A stretch of 62,541 bases of DNA, counting the filler, from Polymyxa betae A26-41 (Eukaryota; Protista; Endomyxa: Phytomyxea): NCBI GenBank assembly GCA_003693705.1. It is 5 parts of 5 records of this genome, joined end to end, with 100 filler letters (N's around TTAATTAATTAA, not from the genome) between each part and the next. Parts side by side here need not be neighbours in the genome. Positions count along the whole stretch, not along the records: positions 1 to 31,154 come from RBZT01000410.1; 4 more parts are not named here. One strand, 5' to 3'. A program made the translations under genes and the position numbers. The notes beneath the pieces are model-generated. The model saw only the letters and a program-made list of their open reading frames with translations. It ran no database searches and was not told where the DNA came from. This document shows positions 13,446-27,029 of the stretch, piece by piece (position 1 is the first letter of the stretch; each line of letters starts with the position of its first letter).

Positions 13446-14983
13446 AGAGTAACGACGCTCAGAGGAACGGAGAGCTCTTGCCGCGAAGAGGACAAAATCT
13501 CTGTTGCCGACAGTGTCCTCAGCACATTGGTCTTTCAGCTGGACGCCGCTTTGGGCGCGTCTACGGCGAAGCAGAACGTCTTGAAGAAATCGGGGACCTT
13601 CAACCTAGGAGCGCTTTCGAGTACTCTTCGAATCGATGAAAACGCTGCCGCTGCTTCTGGTGCCCATTGGTCGGCGGTGATCTTATCGTGGTGACGGAGG
13701 GACTCGAGGGGAGCTGTGAGCGTTGCGTTATCAGGAACAATGTCTCGAAAATAGTTTCGAGGCCTAGGTACTGCTCAATCTGCTTTCCGGAGGTGGGTGG
13801 CGAAGAATCTCCCAACCGGACGAGTTTACGTCGGCCGATGGAGACTCCATTTGCACTGAAAACGTGCCCGAGTCAGCGGAAGGTTGACCTAAAGAGTTGA
13901 CACTTCGATATTCGCAGCCGAGGATTAGCGGCGGTCAGACAGTCCACTGTGTCGATGAGATCTTCGAGATGGGATTCTGCTGTATGCGATACAGCGGTGA
14001 TATCATCCTGAAAGGCGACGGCGGCTCGCGAGCCAGACAGGATCGCCGTTACAACGCGCTGTAACAAAGCAGATGTCTGCGTGAGGCCGAAATGCGTGCC
14101 TATAAACATGTAATGCTGGTGTTTCCATGTGAACGAGACCTTATGCTGATCAGGTGGGTTAATGCGGAGCTGGAGAAAACTCTGCTCTAATTCGAGGCTA
14201 GAGAAGATGGAGCGACTTTCGAGATGTTCGAAGACGTCGCGGACTCGTGGCATCGGGTGTTTTTCTGGGACTAACTTGGCGTTGAGCGCTCTTGGATCGA
14301 TACAGACTCTTCCTGGTGCCTTGGTTCCGTCGAGCTGCTTCTTAGGGATTACTGGCAGGAGGTGATTCCAGGGACATCCGAGCGGCGCGATCGTTATCTT
14401 GCCCTGTTTGAGCCAGGCGTCAATCTGTTCGTCTATTACCGGCTCTAGAGCGCGCGCGATATTGTAATGACGCCGATATCGATAGACATGGGCGGTATCC
14501 CCAGTATTGAGGTAAACGACTGACTCTTCCAAATTGCAGAACGTTGACGTGTCGATGCTTTGGTTCAGATTCAGCGCTGCTGGAAGGCACGGGTATAGCG
14601 CTTGGCGATGTTTGGGTTCATTTGCTGGAGCACAGCGTTGGACCTCGTCCTCAGGGTCGTCGAAGCTTGCAGCCGCGTCTGGCAATGGCAAGCCCGTGAT
14701 CGCGATGCCGGGTTGTCGAAGAGGTCGCGTCCGATGATAATCTCAAGCCCTTCGGGCGGGTCCATGACTTCGAAACGATGCCGGAAGGTTTTCTCACCCC
14801 ACGCGAACTCTAGGTCGACGGTACCGACTCGAACTGTGAAGACGTTTTTGCCCCGAGAGAGATGCGCGCAGAGCCGGAGGCAGGCCGAAAGGAGACGCGT
14901 TGCTCGGGATCGAGGCGTTGGAGATGGTTCATTGGGAAGTAAGAATGGGAAGCGCCGCTGTCTATATCAACTTTGATAGGTGG

Positions 14984-17900
14984 TGAAGCAATCGTCTCGA
15001 TTCTACGATCAGATACACGGGAATGACGGTAAAATCAATAATGATTCTGTATTTCTATTATAGGAAATCCCAGGACCCAAATGCCGTCACGGTGTCCGTA
15101 GGACTCCGTGGGCGAATCTTAGCGCAGCTTCGTCGTAGCTTGAAAACTTGCAAACTATTCTTATATTTTCTTATAATAAAGTAATAATTTGCTACACTCC
15201 GCTCCTCACAATCTCGTTAGTCTTTAGTGTCTTTCTGGTACATTGGGTTTAGGGTGTCATGACTGGTCTTTATCATAGTTCATTATGTCTTCACTTGTCA
15301 TCATTTTTTTCATCTTCATCCAAAGGTCATCATTATCCGATCCGATCATCAAGTTCGTAATAATTCATCTTTATTGTAAGTCATCGTAGCGCTATCATCG
15401 AGTTTCATCTATAATCATCTGTCATCAGTCATCAGTATCATTATTTATTTATAAATAATTTTATCTAAATTTATTTCATCATGTCATCTAAAAAATCGTA
15501 CTTACTGATCATTTGCTATAGTTTCAGCATTAAAACCCATTGGGATAAAAGCTTGAAAACAATAGTAGATTTTCAGTTAACCTTTGAGTGAGGTATCTAA
15601 TACTGTCTTCTACACTTTCTGCGAGTGCACTTTTTCCGTCGCGCAGTTTCTTCAAATATTTCTTCACTAATTCAGGGACGTCTTCAAACAGGTTCTTCAG
15701 GGGTTCCCATGAATCTTCTTCTTTCGTAAATCCTTTCCATTCGACCAGCAACTCTAGCTGTCCAGTCTCAGGATTTAGTCTTCAGTCTATAAAATCGCTC
15801 ACTTGATACGATTCATTGTCATGTGCGAACTGCTTTATTTCGTCTGTAACATTAAGTTTTGAATCAGCATATAGTTGAATCCGGTCACCATGGATCCGGC
15901 TCCTACTGTGATCGATGATATTCTCTACTTCGAACACATAGTTATCTTCAGTATCAGTGATCCGATATGGGCCTCGCCATTTTAGAAATAGTTTACGTCC
16001 AGTCATCTGTTGGCTCCGGTACACCAACCAGGACGAAGTCTCCTATTCCGAAGTTTGGCTCTCTTCTAAATTTCCTCTGATTTTGTTTCTTCAGTGTCCT
16101 CTGCCTTTCTGATTTCTCCGCGACTGCCTTATGCATGCTGTCTAGCGCACTCCGAAGGTTTTCGATTTTCTTATGAATATTCATCTAGTCAACGCAGTTT
16201 CTATAAAACTGCGCAGTTTTGGGATTTTTGAAAATCTCATCCAAAGGATTGTCAGGTTTCAGTCCAGTCATCACCGTCACTGGCGCATTGCCATTCAGAC
16301 GGCTCTGCTCTCTATGGTTTATGGTGTGTTCGACACTGCGGTTCAACCATGGCCGGTATTCCTTCTCCCATCTGAGCTCGGACAAAAGGGCTTGTACTAA
16401 GGCTAAATACATTTTATTAATAATCTCAATAGTGCCAATATTGTAATGTCCATATGACGTGGTGATATGTTGGATCATATTGCACTTTCTGGCAAACTCC
16501 TTCATAGTCGTCGAAACAAAGTAGGAAGCCATATCAGAGACCAGTACTTTGGAGCTCCGAACAGGGCCCTCCACTCCATCAAGGCCTCTACTGTCACGGA
16601 GGTATCGGGAATTTGTGCGGGTGTTATCTTTATCATTCCTGATAGGTCATCTCGCAAGATTGGATTCCACTGGAACTCATGAATACCATTCTTCTTCATT
16701 GGCCATATGTATATCCAGTCCATATGCAAAACTTCGTTCGGTCGTTGACCGTGAACCTGGGTTCCTAAAGGCCGTGGAATCCGCATTCCTCCTCTCATAG
16801 GCACGCAGTGCAGACATGAAATACAAATTGCTTTCACGTCTTCAGTATAATTCCAGTAGAGGAACCGCGTCAATTGCTGCGTGCTGGCCTGACACCCTAA
16901 GTGTCCACTGTTTCCTCCCGAAGGCGCAATTATACTCAAACGGCATCGCAAGTCTTCTGCTTCTAAAGGGATTATCACTTTCTTTTTATCTGTGACTATT
17001 AAACCTTCATTCATTTTTTGGCGAGTCATAGTTGATATCCATTTCTTCTGACTTTCTTTTATTTCTTCCATAGTAGGCCATTCGAACTCGGGGCTCTGTA
17101 ATGGTCTGATCTTCCGGTCATCCGGGACCGTTACCGTTCGCACTCTACGGACCATTTGATGCGTAGAGCCTTCTTCATCAACAGGTTTCGCCCCCCATCT
17201 TGTCATCAGATCGGCCCAAATATTTTCTTCTCCTTTGATATGCTCGACTTGATAATGAAATCGCTGCATGTAAAGATCCCATCTCTGTAGCTTTTGTGCT
17301 GTTGACTTTGACACATTCGTTGGTGAAAAAATCTATTAGATTTTTGTGATCACTGAATAGTTTGAATGACCGTTTCATCTGTAATAAATAGTCTAGTTTC
17401 TCCATTGTGTCTTTGATAGCGATCCCTTCTTTTTCAGTCATCTCGCATCTATTGAACGTGTGGCCGACGAATCCTAATGGTTCATGCCTTTGTAATGACA
17501 CAGGTTTATTTATATCTTCTATTGGGATTTGAGTCACCATTCCAGCGGTAATGGATTCATTGGCATCAGTGAACATGTACTGGACCCTATTCTCATGGAT
17601 ACGCCAATTTGACATTGTTAGCTATCGCTGTCTTCAGGTTTTCAAATACGAGATCATGTTGTGGGCTTCATCCGTATTTGGATAGTCTAACTTGTCGCGC
17701 AACGCTCTTGTTCCTCGATGGCTGGTCCTTCATACAGTGTTCAAAGATGTCCTGCTAACAATGAACTATTTTGTTGTATTCAGGGATTGACCTGCTCATC
17801 CATTGTGTTGCCATCAAAAACTGCTGCAAATTCTAGCTGTTTTGGGTTGAGGGATCGCAAGCAGGGCATCAATCCGATCGGTGTCATGTGCAACTCCGCT

Positions 17901-20520
17901 CGGCGTAAATATCCTTCCGCAAAACTTCACCTTGCGCGTGAATAAATCACCTTTCTTCAAGTTCAATTTGAAATTGTGATTATCTGCCAGTCTTAAAGTT
18001 TCTTCTAAAGTGCTAAACCATTTGTCTAGTAAATGTGCGTACCTTAGTAGGTCATCTATTAATACAATTTGAGAATCTTGTATTAAACTCTTAAAGATCT
18101 CAGCCATTCTCGCCTGAAACAGCGTCGCTGAGTTTAGAACGCCCTGTATGGATCTTCTCGGTGTATACACTCCTCTGTCAGTCATGAATGAAAACATCTC
18201 TCGACATTCTTCTGCTAATGGCATCATCATCCAGAAGCCTTTAAAAGCGTCTACTTTAAACCAGCATTTCGATCCAGCCAGGTTGTTAACAATAGCTGCC
18301 AAAAATGGCATCGGCCATGCGGTACTTTCAGATATTGCGTTGACACCTCTCAGATCAACGCACATCCTTCTACTTCCATCAGGTTTCTTCACTACAGTGA
18401 CTGGAGAGGCCAATTCCGAATTATGGTTTTCTTCAATTAGGCCGTTCGTTTCCAGTTCGTCAATAAAGCGCCTAAAAAACGTACTGTCTTCTATGCTGTA
18501 CCTACGATTTGGACATTTATATGGTCTTGCGTATGGAATCAAACGGGTCGCAAATGGTGTAACCTTCGCTGGGGCATCTGGGCCCAACGACATTCGTCAT
18601 ACATCTTTATACTTACGAACGAGTCGGTCTAACCTCCCCGTCCATTCCTCTGGCAAACCGTTTCTTCTGGCGGCTTCTATCAAGTTGCTTAAGCCTTCTT
18701 CTACTTCTATATCTGAACAACTTTTTATCATCATTTCGTCAAAGTCATCAAGGTTTTCGGATTTAAACTCTTTATTTCTTAAGTCTTCACTGATCTTATT
18801 ATCATCTATCTTCGCCCGCTTTCTCACAATTAATGCGTCAAGCGCAGTTTTTGGCTCTATTCCAAGTTCCTCTAGGTCACCTCCGAGTATGATTTCATCA
18901 CTTGGAACGTCCCAGATTAGGCATTTCCGCTGCCTTGTTATAATTTCTCCGGCTTTTGTGCGCAGCCCGATACCAAGTGTCACCCTGTCTTGTTATCACC
19001 CAGACGAAGTCAGATAGGCTCCCTGAGCCTTTCCACCATGATCGCGGGGTCGTTCCTCATCGCCATCTTCGCTATCCGTTGCGGGATTAACGACTTGTCC
19101 GTGGCTCCACTATCAAGCATACCAGGGACATACAGACCCTCACATATTCTTACATCTATCTGTCTTCTCTCATCTGGGCTACTATCAATTCTACAGACCA
19201 TGAGGTAATTGGAAGTCTTCTTAGATGTATTGTCATGTTTCGTAAGCAGCTTATGGACCTCTTCTTTCGTCAAACCCTTAGGGCATTTAAACACTGGGTG
19301 CCCGTACTGCTGACAGCCGAAACACTTCATCCCAGACCGATCCGTCGGGCCCTTGTTGACATTTTTCGTTTTCTTCAGATCTTGCTGTTTCTCGTCCTGC
19401 CGAGGGCGCTTTCGCTGCTTCGTCTTCTTGTCTTCTCCGTCTTCGGTCATCAGGACGCGGGACGGCTCATGATTTTCGGCTCGTTCTTTCAAGAGAGCCA
19501 GAAAAGCTATAGGCTGTTTGGAGAACCGGGGCTCTCTCTTCAGCTGACTTTTCATCAGCGCTTTCAGCTCTTTCGGTTCGATGGCGTTGACCAGGAACCG
19601 AATTTTCATCTTCATACCATCTTCATCCTCAAATAAGTGTTTCCAACCATTGTCCTTGACAATGTTATTGAATTCACATATAGATCGGTGACTCTAAGTG
19701 TTGGAGAGCCGACATCGAGATCCATCTTCAGTTTCGTCATCTTCTTCTCCATAAGACAATCCTGTGATCGGTCGCCTATCAAGGCTTTGTTAATCCAAGC
19801 CTCGATTTCTTCGTCGGTTACGTCATCGACTTCGACGAAGAGATCACATTCGCAGATTGTCTCGAGCACAGTAGTCTCGAGCATGGAGAGTAACGATCGT
19901 GGCTGACCTACTGTCTGCGCATCGCGAAAGTTTCGCAAGTATCGATCGCGGCTTTCGATGAACTGCAAGATCGCCTTGCGATCTAGCTTTCGCAGGACCG
20001 GAGCCCTGTTCGTCTCGAGCACTGCGAGGTTGCCTGAGGCCATGTTTCGCGCTCGGTCATGGTTCGTCTGGTGGCTATGGCTAGCAACCACTTCTTCGTT
20101 GGGACGTCGGCGAGTGCCTGCATCCACTTCATCACCGCTGGCCGGCGTAACCGAACCAGACTCGTCATCAGAGGTCTTGCGAAACCTTCGGTCTGACACA
20201 AGGTCTTCTTCAGTTGGAGTTGAGTACTCATACTCCAGCAGTAGGTCATCAAGCGTGAGTTCATCATCAGTTGTCGTTGTCATCGTCGCCATTTGGCCAA
20301 AAGAATTCTTTGTAGCAATCGTCTCGATTCTACGATCAGATACACGGGAATGAAGGTAAAATCAATAATGATTCTGTATTTCTATCATTGGAAATCCCAG
20401 GACGCAAATGCCGTCACGGTGTCCGTAGGACTCCGTGGGCGAATCTTAGCGCAGCTTCGTCGTAGCTTGAAAACTTGCAAACTATTGTATTTTCTTATAA
20501 TAAAGTAATAATTTGCTACA
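14984..20520 (-). mobile_element. Gypsy element C with chromodomain, nested in B
   Basis: Highly similar LTRs at 14984-15196 and 20311-20520; TSD GTGG; PPT gtgaggagcggag; gag with CFGCQQYGHPVFKC; LDSGA; RT (MCVDLRGVN, IDDLL); RNase H; integrase (HMDW); chromodomain LVEWKGFTKEEDSWEP. Confidence 0.96.
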
Positions 20521-22309
20521 GTGGAAGACCCTGGACTTGGACAAGGACGAAGAATGCAGACCTATGACAAGAGCATTCAGAGGAAGCGGACACATCGGAC
20601 ATATACAAGGCGAAAGCCTGTAAAACGTCGTCCACTTCGGCCTCTTCAGTACTTATGTCGACGCTGGCGCGACCTGGACAGGTACTGGCTCCACCAGCGC
20701 TATATGATGCTGGGACCGGGGTCTCGTTGGGCAACTAGCTGACAGATGGCCTGTTTGCTGGCACCTCCGACAACGTGGCTTGTCTCTCGCGTGGTCGGCC
20801 TGGTTCAATGTCGTTTAGGCGGCGTTGTTGTTGGTGCAGAAGCATCCGGTCTTGATGGGGCGGCAGGGCGTGTTCGACATTCGCTTGTATCGTGACCGTG
20901 AGCACGATGGAAATCGCAATACTTCAATGCACGACATGTGGAGGAATCATTCCCGTAGGTCTTATGATGTGTGCACCAAAGACGACTTTCAGAATTCGCG
21001 GATGGAGCGCGAGTAGTCGAAACGGACTGAGAGGCCCGAGCTTGCGCGATAGGCGTCGGATAACGACTATCAAAAGGGCAAATTACCGTTAAAGACCGTA
21101 TGATGGACTCAGGGGAAGAAACGGAATCAGGATTTGCGGCTTGGAGAACTCGCAGACCGCACTGGATGTTTTCCGGGAGCCTACTGAGAAGGTGGTGGGA
21201 GCGTTTGGACGACGAAGGGCTGATCCCTGCCAGTCGCATTGCAGCAACATTGCGGTCCGCGAACCTGATCGGTGTCTCGTTAGGGTGACGACTGATGTTC
21301 TCATATGCCGACAGGTGGATGCTTCCCAAATTGTCGCTAACAAAATGTCGCAGGAAATTGTCTTTGGCTATAGGCCGGGCATTGTCCTCGCAGCTCAGCC
21401 CGACACCACTCGGCTTTTTTTGCACAGCAAGCCAATAAAGCTTGTACGAAGCGAAATTTGAGGTATCCATTTGCGTACAGCTTCTCTTCGAATGAGGTAA
21501 CGATGTCCTGGGCTGAGAGAGGCGAAGTGGTTTTCGGGCTGGAGAACCTCGGCATGGCCGATGGCATCCTCGCGGATGACGTGAACGGCCGTTATTTTTG
21601 GGAGGAAACTGCGTCGCGCGGAACCGGTGAACTGATATCTTGGATGTGACGCGATTGCGTATGAGGAAGCGAGGAGTTGTGAAGATGCTGTTCGGGTCGT
21701 AGGAGCGGCTGTTGGGTGCGCATTTGGGCGGCTTGTAGGCGTTCGACGGATGCAGTGATAGTGGTCAGACGGGCGTTGATTTCGTCAATCTCGGTCTCCA
21801 TGGCTTGCAATTGAGTGTTGCTGCGCGGCCTAAGGCGACCGCTGGCGTCGTTCCGGGTGGAAGCCAAAACGTATTCTGCCGAAATCTCGGCCAGGCGGAG
21901 TTCCAGACGAACAATCGTCTGTTCTTAGGAGACGATGGTCTCGGCTAAAGAAACTCGGCCGGATAATCTCGCTTGATCCTGGATCTCAGCTTGGGGGTCG
22001 GATGCGGCCTGGGTTTGATCGACGAAACCTGAGCCTTTGTCGCGGGGCGAAGCGGGAAGCGATTCGGGATGTATAGACATACTGCCAATGCTCGATCAAA
22101 AAAGGTATCGCGTCCAGCGACTAACTAGTTGGAAGGAAGACAGTTGATGATCTGCAAACTAAAGGAATGTATTGAGTTGACTTCTCGTCAAACGCTGGCG
22201 TCTTGTCACTGGGCGACTGTACGGTCGGGGCTGCTCACCCGGCCGGCGGCAACGATCGTGAGCCGCAGTAGCGGGTACGGCGCCGGGCAGTAGCTGGGCA
22301 CGCGACAGA

Positions 22310-24300
22310 ATGTATGAACGCCAAGTCAAAATGCATCGTCAAAGTAACATTACAGTTTCAGCAGAACAGCATATACAATAACATCATTGGATACAACAGA
22401 GAGAGCAATACAGCAATTTGTAAATTGACCAATCAACAACAATTTGACAGAATCCAAATCAGAGAAAAACCCAATCGTCAGAGTTCCCGTATTGTTCAGG
22501 TGATTTTTATCGTGACGATCTCGGGAAATTTTGTGCGCACTTATATTGAATGCTCGGAAGCGTCCGTCCGGACATAACTTTTTAACAACGGATTAACTCT
22601 CAAATGCCATTTATTGTCCACATGATACAAAAATCACTTTAGTCACTATCAAAGCCGTCTCAAACAAAATTGAGCCCCATCATTAGTCTTAAGTTATGTC
22701 AGTAATATGCGCCTGCGGCCGTAAATTGACATCCATCTTCAGTTCAGATGACATTATATATCATGGCTTTGGAATCGACCATCTTTTAACTGTCTATCCA
22801 GAAACGCCAAAATGGTTTGTTTTTCTGCTCATCTGTCAAATGAAAATCCTCAATAGTAAGTAGACAACAAATCTCTCATTGACTTCAAGGATCGAGGCTT
22901 AACTAATGTCGCCATTCCCTGATCTTGAGCATCTTTGAAATTTTCCTTATAGCGAATATACTTAAGCTTAAAAGAAACAGTCTCGAGGAGCCGTCTTCAA
23001 GGGCAATAATTACCTACATGAAAGATTTACCTCCATACTATCAGAGCGAACTCGATCAATCTTCGCAAGATCATCAAGTGTGTGCTTCTCAACAGCTTGA
23101 AGACATTCAACGTAGTGCTTGTCCATATCGGATGTCGAACTACAAAGATCTTTGTGTAAGCTCCAAGATATTTGTTAATCGTAGAAATAATTCTCTGCTT
23201 TAGATATTAGATCTTAGAGCCCATAAATATTCATCTCGGATACTGAAGTTCATCGGCCAAATAGTTCATGCTGTTAAGTTCGCGCAACGCCAGTCCACAC
23301 ACGCATAAATCTGATGGGCACCAAAGATGCGACATCATGGAAGTATGAAGACCTACTTTGATAATAACGGGCTCGATTCCCCAGAGGTCCGTACAGACTG
23401 AGCTGAATGAAGCTGGGACTCGTGCTGGAAATAAAACACAATTCATTACGATCTGACCGAAGTGCTGCCAGATTTTTTAGTAACCTGAAATCGCGATCTG
23501 AAGAATCCGCTCTATTAGACAGGTAAAGCACAAAGCCTGTTTTTTGAAACTCGATGTTGAGTTTGTTTGATAAGTTGTGAAGAATGAATCTATTTGGAGG
23601 AATTACAATCCGTGAATTCTAGAAATTGGCAGCGCGGTGACATGACTGTCACAATCCTGACTAAGAGGATAAGCTGGGAAATGACTTCGCACTGTTTGGC
23701 CCTCATGATTTGAGCCTCGTGATGTGCGTCTATCCAACTTTGACGATGTAGTCCGGACTTCAACTGTGTTTCGTCTTGAGCTCTGGTGCACGCATTCGAA
23801 CCGTGGCCCTCTCCACAGCTACCACATCGTCGAATTCAAATTTTTCAATCACAATCAACTGTTTTAAGTCTTGCAGATATTCGAGACTCTTTGTTTGGGT
23901 TTTGCAACTTTACATTTTGAGTATAGACACCAACATAGCCTCGAAGTCAAATCCAGACAGCTTCCCAGGAATTTCGTTCAAGTTTACCAGCTGACGCTGA
24001 TTTGAGCTGCTTACCTTGTCGGAATTTCTGATTCACTGCATGTAATTGTAAGAGTTGAGAGTGCTCAACTGTTATTGTATTCTGAACGACAAAACAATGA
24101 GAACTTCGTCTGTTTTTCTTTATAATGGAGAACAACATTTGTGATGGGGTAATCCTCAGCTGCGTTGACGATTGTTTGAGCTGTCCTAAAGGGTTTTCTT
24201 AGTCAAATCGTTGATAGAATCGTATCGTTTACCTGGATTGAGTGAGTCTGCTCTTCTCTGGCTGCTATCTGTTTAAGGTCGTACCGTGTCTAGTACCGAG
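22310..24300 (-). pseudogene. Possible highly decayed MULE-type transposase, interrupted by an LTR-like repeat
   Basis: Minus-strand remnants TSDMDK..ECLQAV and W....RRR...LKTNDG resemble the MULE D and TNNxxE regions; many stops. Confidence 0.35.
23156..23521 (+). repeat. Solo-LTR-like repeat (family of 13125-13445 and 3348-3480)
   Basis: Shared blocks cacgcataaatctgatg and gactgagctgaatgaagctggga..cg.gctggaaataaaacacaattcatta; ends ...AGACA. Left boundary is approximate. Confidence 0.7.
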
Positions 24301-24821
24301 CTTTCACTAATAATCGTTTCAGCATATGTAGTGATAATATCTACAATGTCGGTTTTGTTAATCTTTCTGTAAATACAGTGCCGTGTTTAAGTCAGTTCTC
24401 TTGGCATGGGCTGTTCTGCCAACATATGGGTGGCGTATAGCTGACTTGAGCACGGCATTGTATTTACAGAAAGATTTGCTATTTCAATGGAAGAAAGAAA
24501 ATCTACGCGATAATACAACAATCGTAGTGGACCATGAAGGTTTCATTATATACTTCGCTTGTTCTTGGACATGTCTGAGCAATACTGGTGCATGCGTACT
24601 AGGGTTTGGGTATCTTGAAATGATATTTCGTCGGGCCCGTGGAGCAATTCCTTCACCGCTGGGAGCGAAAGCTAAAGCTAATAATGCGGATTTTTGCGTG
24701 GTGGATATTTTTAACTCTGAGCTATTCGCGATTAGCTCACTGCGTTAGAATATATCAGCTTCCCTGTTGCACTGCATCTATACAATATCTTTAATAAATC
24801 ACGACGTTCATTGAAGACGTA

Positions 24822-25006
24822 ATGTTCCGCGCCCGTCTACACGCTATGATGGACGAGGATATATTGGAATTCCTTCTCGATGATCTAGAATCTAGCGACA
24901 GCGAAGAAGATCCTAACTTCGGCGGATCTGTTATTGGACGAGTTCCCAAAAACGACCGTGATTCCGCTGAGGGTCATCGGTTTATTTATATGGATTACTT
25001 CGCTCA
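24822..25006 (+). pseudogene. N-terminal fragment of a Harbinger-like (plant-transposon-type) transposase
   Basis: GGSVIGRVPKNDRDSAEGHRFIYMDYF, cut by the LTR starting at 25007. Confidence 0.7.
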
Positions 25007-25680
25007 TGTATCAGGTTTAATAAAACCCCGTACGCAAACTTGAAAAGACGACTGCGCAATATCATGCCATACGCAGTATTCATCGCATATATCTGGAAGG
25101 TTTATAAACTGCGACCATGCTCAAGTATGACAAGCTACACTATAATAGTACAGCTACCAAGTCCGTCCGGCGTTAAGAGGTCCGTACGGTATGACCATGT
25201 CTAATTTCGGAAATACAAAATCAGAATTATTCTTTTTTCTATCACACGTTTGGGATTTCGTTGTCGTAGACAGATTGCTACAAAGAATTCTTTCAGATGA
25301 CTAAGCCTGAGACGGCACCTGTCAGAATGAAGCTTGATGAGGAAGATACCGTCACCTACGGCGACGAAGCTGAGCAAGTTGCCAATGATGTTGAAAGATG
25401 GGGCTCCGTCTGGCAGAGGAACAAAATGAAGCTGAGCATCTGGTAACTTCGAAATCATCTTCGGATCAATCGGATGGGAACGAGGATCTGGTGACGAAAC
25501 ATACCCAGGTTAGAGAAACTGAGGCCAGGAGAAAGATGAAGCTCGGCGACGGTCTACCCTGTTGTGGACAGCGAGTGGCGTCGAGCAGTGTTACCGTGCT
25601 AAAAATCAACAAAGCGCCGACATAAACGTCCGTGGATCGTCCTGAGCTGGTACGACTCGTCTCAGAACGAGAACAGTATC
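25007..25680 (+). mobile_element. Truncated Gypsy (5' LTR 25007-25282 + gag start), related to element C
   Basis: TGTATC...GATTGCTACA LTR followed by the same AAGAATTCTTT as element C; VLKINKAPT resembles C gag VLETNRAPV. Confidence 0.75.
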
Positions 25681-25719
25681 TACGGGTTTTCGTGGATTCA
25701 GGTGCAGAAGGAGCACAGC

Positions 25720-26900
25720 TGCGTTCGTTGGTTGACACCCGACAGGAAACCCAATCGCCCTCGTGGATTTGAAGGTCACCGGCGGATCATGGGAGATTAT
25801 CTTGTTCCGAATCCTGTTTATGGCAAAGAGCTCTTTGAGCGACGATTCCGAATGCCATCCACTTGATTCAAAAGGATCCTCGACGAACTGCAATTGCACT
25901 CACCATACTTGCGGCAGCAGGTTGATGCACTAGGCAAGCCCGGCCACGGCACACTACAAAAAATCACGGCGAGCTTGCGGATGATGTCCTACGGATTAGC
26001 TGCCGACGCCGTTGACAACTACTGTCGCATATCAGAAACCGTTGCGACAAGATGTCTAGAGGAGTTCGCTATCGGTATTATTCGTGCCTATGGTGATGAA
26101 TATTTTCGGTGCCCCACAGAGCACGATAGCCAGGCAGTTTTGAAGCAGAAAGCCGACCAAGGATGGGCTGGGCAGGCTTTTAGCATAGATTGTATGCATC
26201 GGGAATGAAAAAAAATTGCCCCAAAGCCTACGCGGGTCAATATGTTTCCAAGGATAAGGGATTGCCCACGATGGTTTTGGACACAATCGTTGGCCTAGAT
26301 GGTCGCATCTGGTACGTCGCGTTTGGTTTTCCTGGCTCGTTGTACGACGTGAACATTCTTGGGCGATCGCCATTAGTCGGGACCATCTTAGATGGCCGTC
26401 TGAAGTGTAATCCCTATGAAATTAACGGAGCAGAATACTATGAGTATTATTTACTAGCTGACTGTATATACCCATCTTGGAGCTGCTTTGTCAAGACCTT
26501 CAGTCAACCAGATTCTGCCAAGAAGAAACGTTTCGCGAAGAAACAGGAAGCAAAACGAAAAGAGAGAGAACTTGTCTTGGCATCCTCCAAGGGAAATTTC
26601 CTATACTATCGATTCCAGGTAGGTCAAGGTCAACTCTAAAGATGCAAAATATTGTGAAAGCTTGTATCATCCTACACAGTATCATAATAGATTCTAGAAA
26701 AGAAATGACCATACAAGATCACATCAAGATCGAGAAATCGATGGTTTCTGAATCGGGTGCTCAAACAATCTTTAATGGCAGTAGTGATCGAGGTCGAGAT
26801 TTGGCACTGCTGCCTATGGATTTTTTGTCAAAGGATGAGATCTGTGCAGGATCGAGACACGCACAGTCTGCGAACCAATGATTTGATAGAGCATTTCGGG
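25720..26900 (+). pseudogene. PIF/Harbinger-type DDE transposase
   Basis: FERRFRM, LQKITASLRMMSYG.AADAVDNY, SIDCMH, KNCPKA, FGFPG..DVNIL, YLLADCIYP, QEAKRK. Confidence 0.9.
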
Positions 26901-27029
26901 TCAGGATCTGGACAACCGGAAGATGATTGATAAATTTATTGAGTATCTGACTGAGCAAGAGATCGCGAAAGGGTCAATTTCTTGGCTTTCAGTAAAGAGA
27001 AGAATTGCATTGAAGATTGAGGAATGTCT

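Larger units (their letters stand above)
11395..22307 (-). mobile_element. Gypsy/chromovirus element B (host of nested insertions)
   Basis: Diverged LTRs at 11395-11594 and 22106-22307. gag 20805-21870; protease split at 14983/20521 (VQGLP|PIKVDIDSGASH); RT 13600-14691 (RVCIDPRALN, FQDDI); RNase H (SATKRELLAIV, TDHRSL); integrase (ANGLAER, YEGPF); chromodomain ~11660-11785 (ILAHRG..LVKWK). Confidence 0.9.

Noticed and set aside
18148-19017. 289-aa plus-strand ORF and other long antisense ORFs (e.g. 8267-8848, 35023-35514)
   Set aside because: Shadows of pol genes on the opposite strand; no independent motifs.
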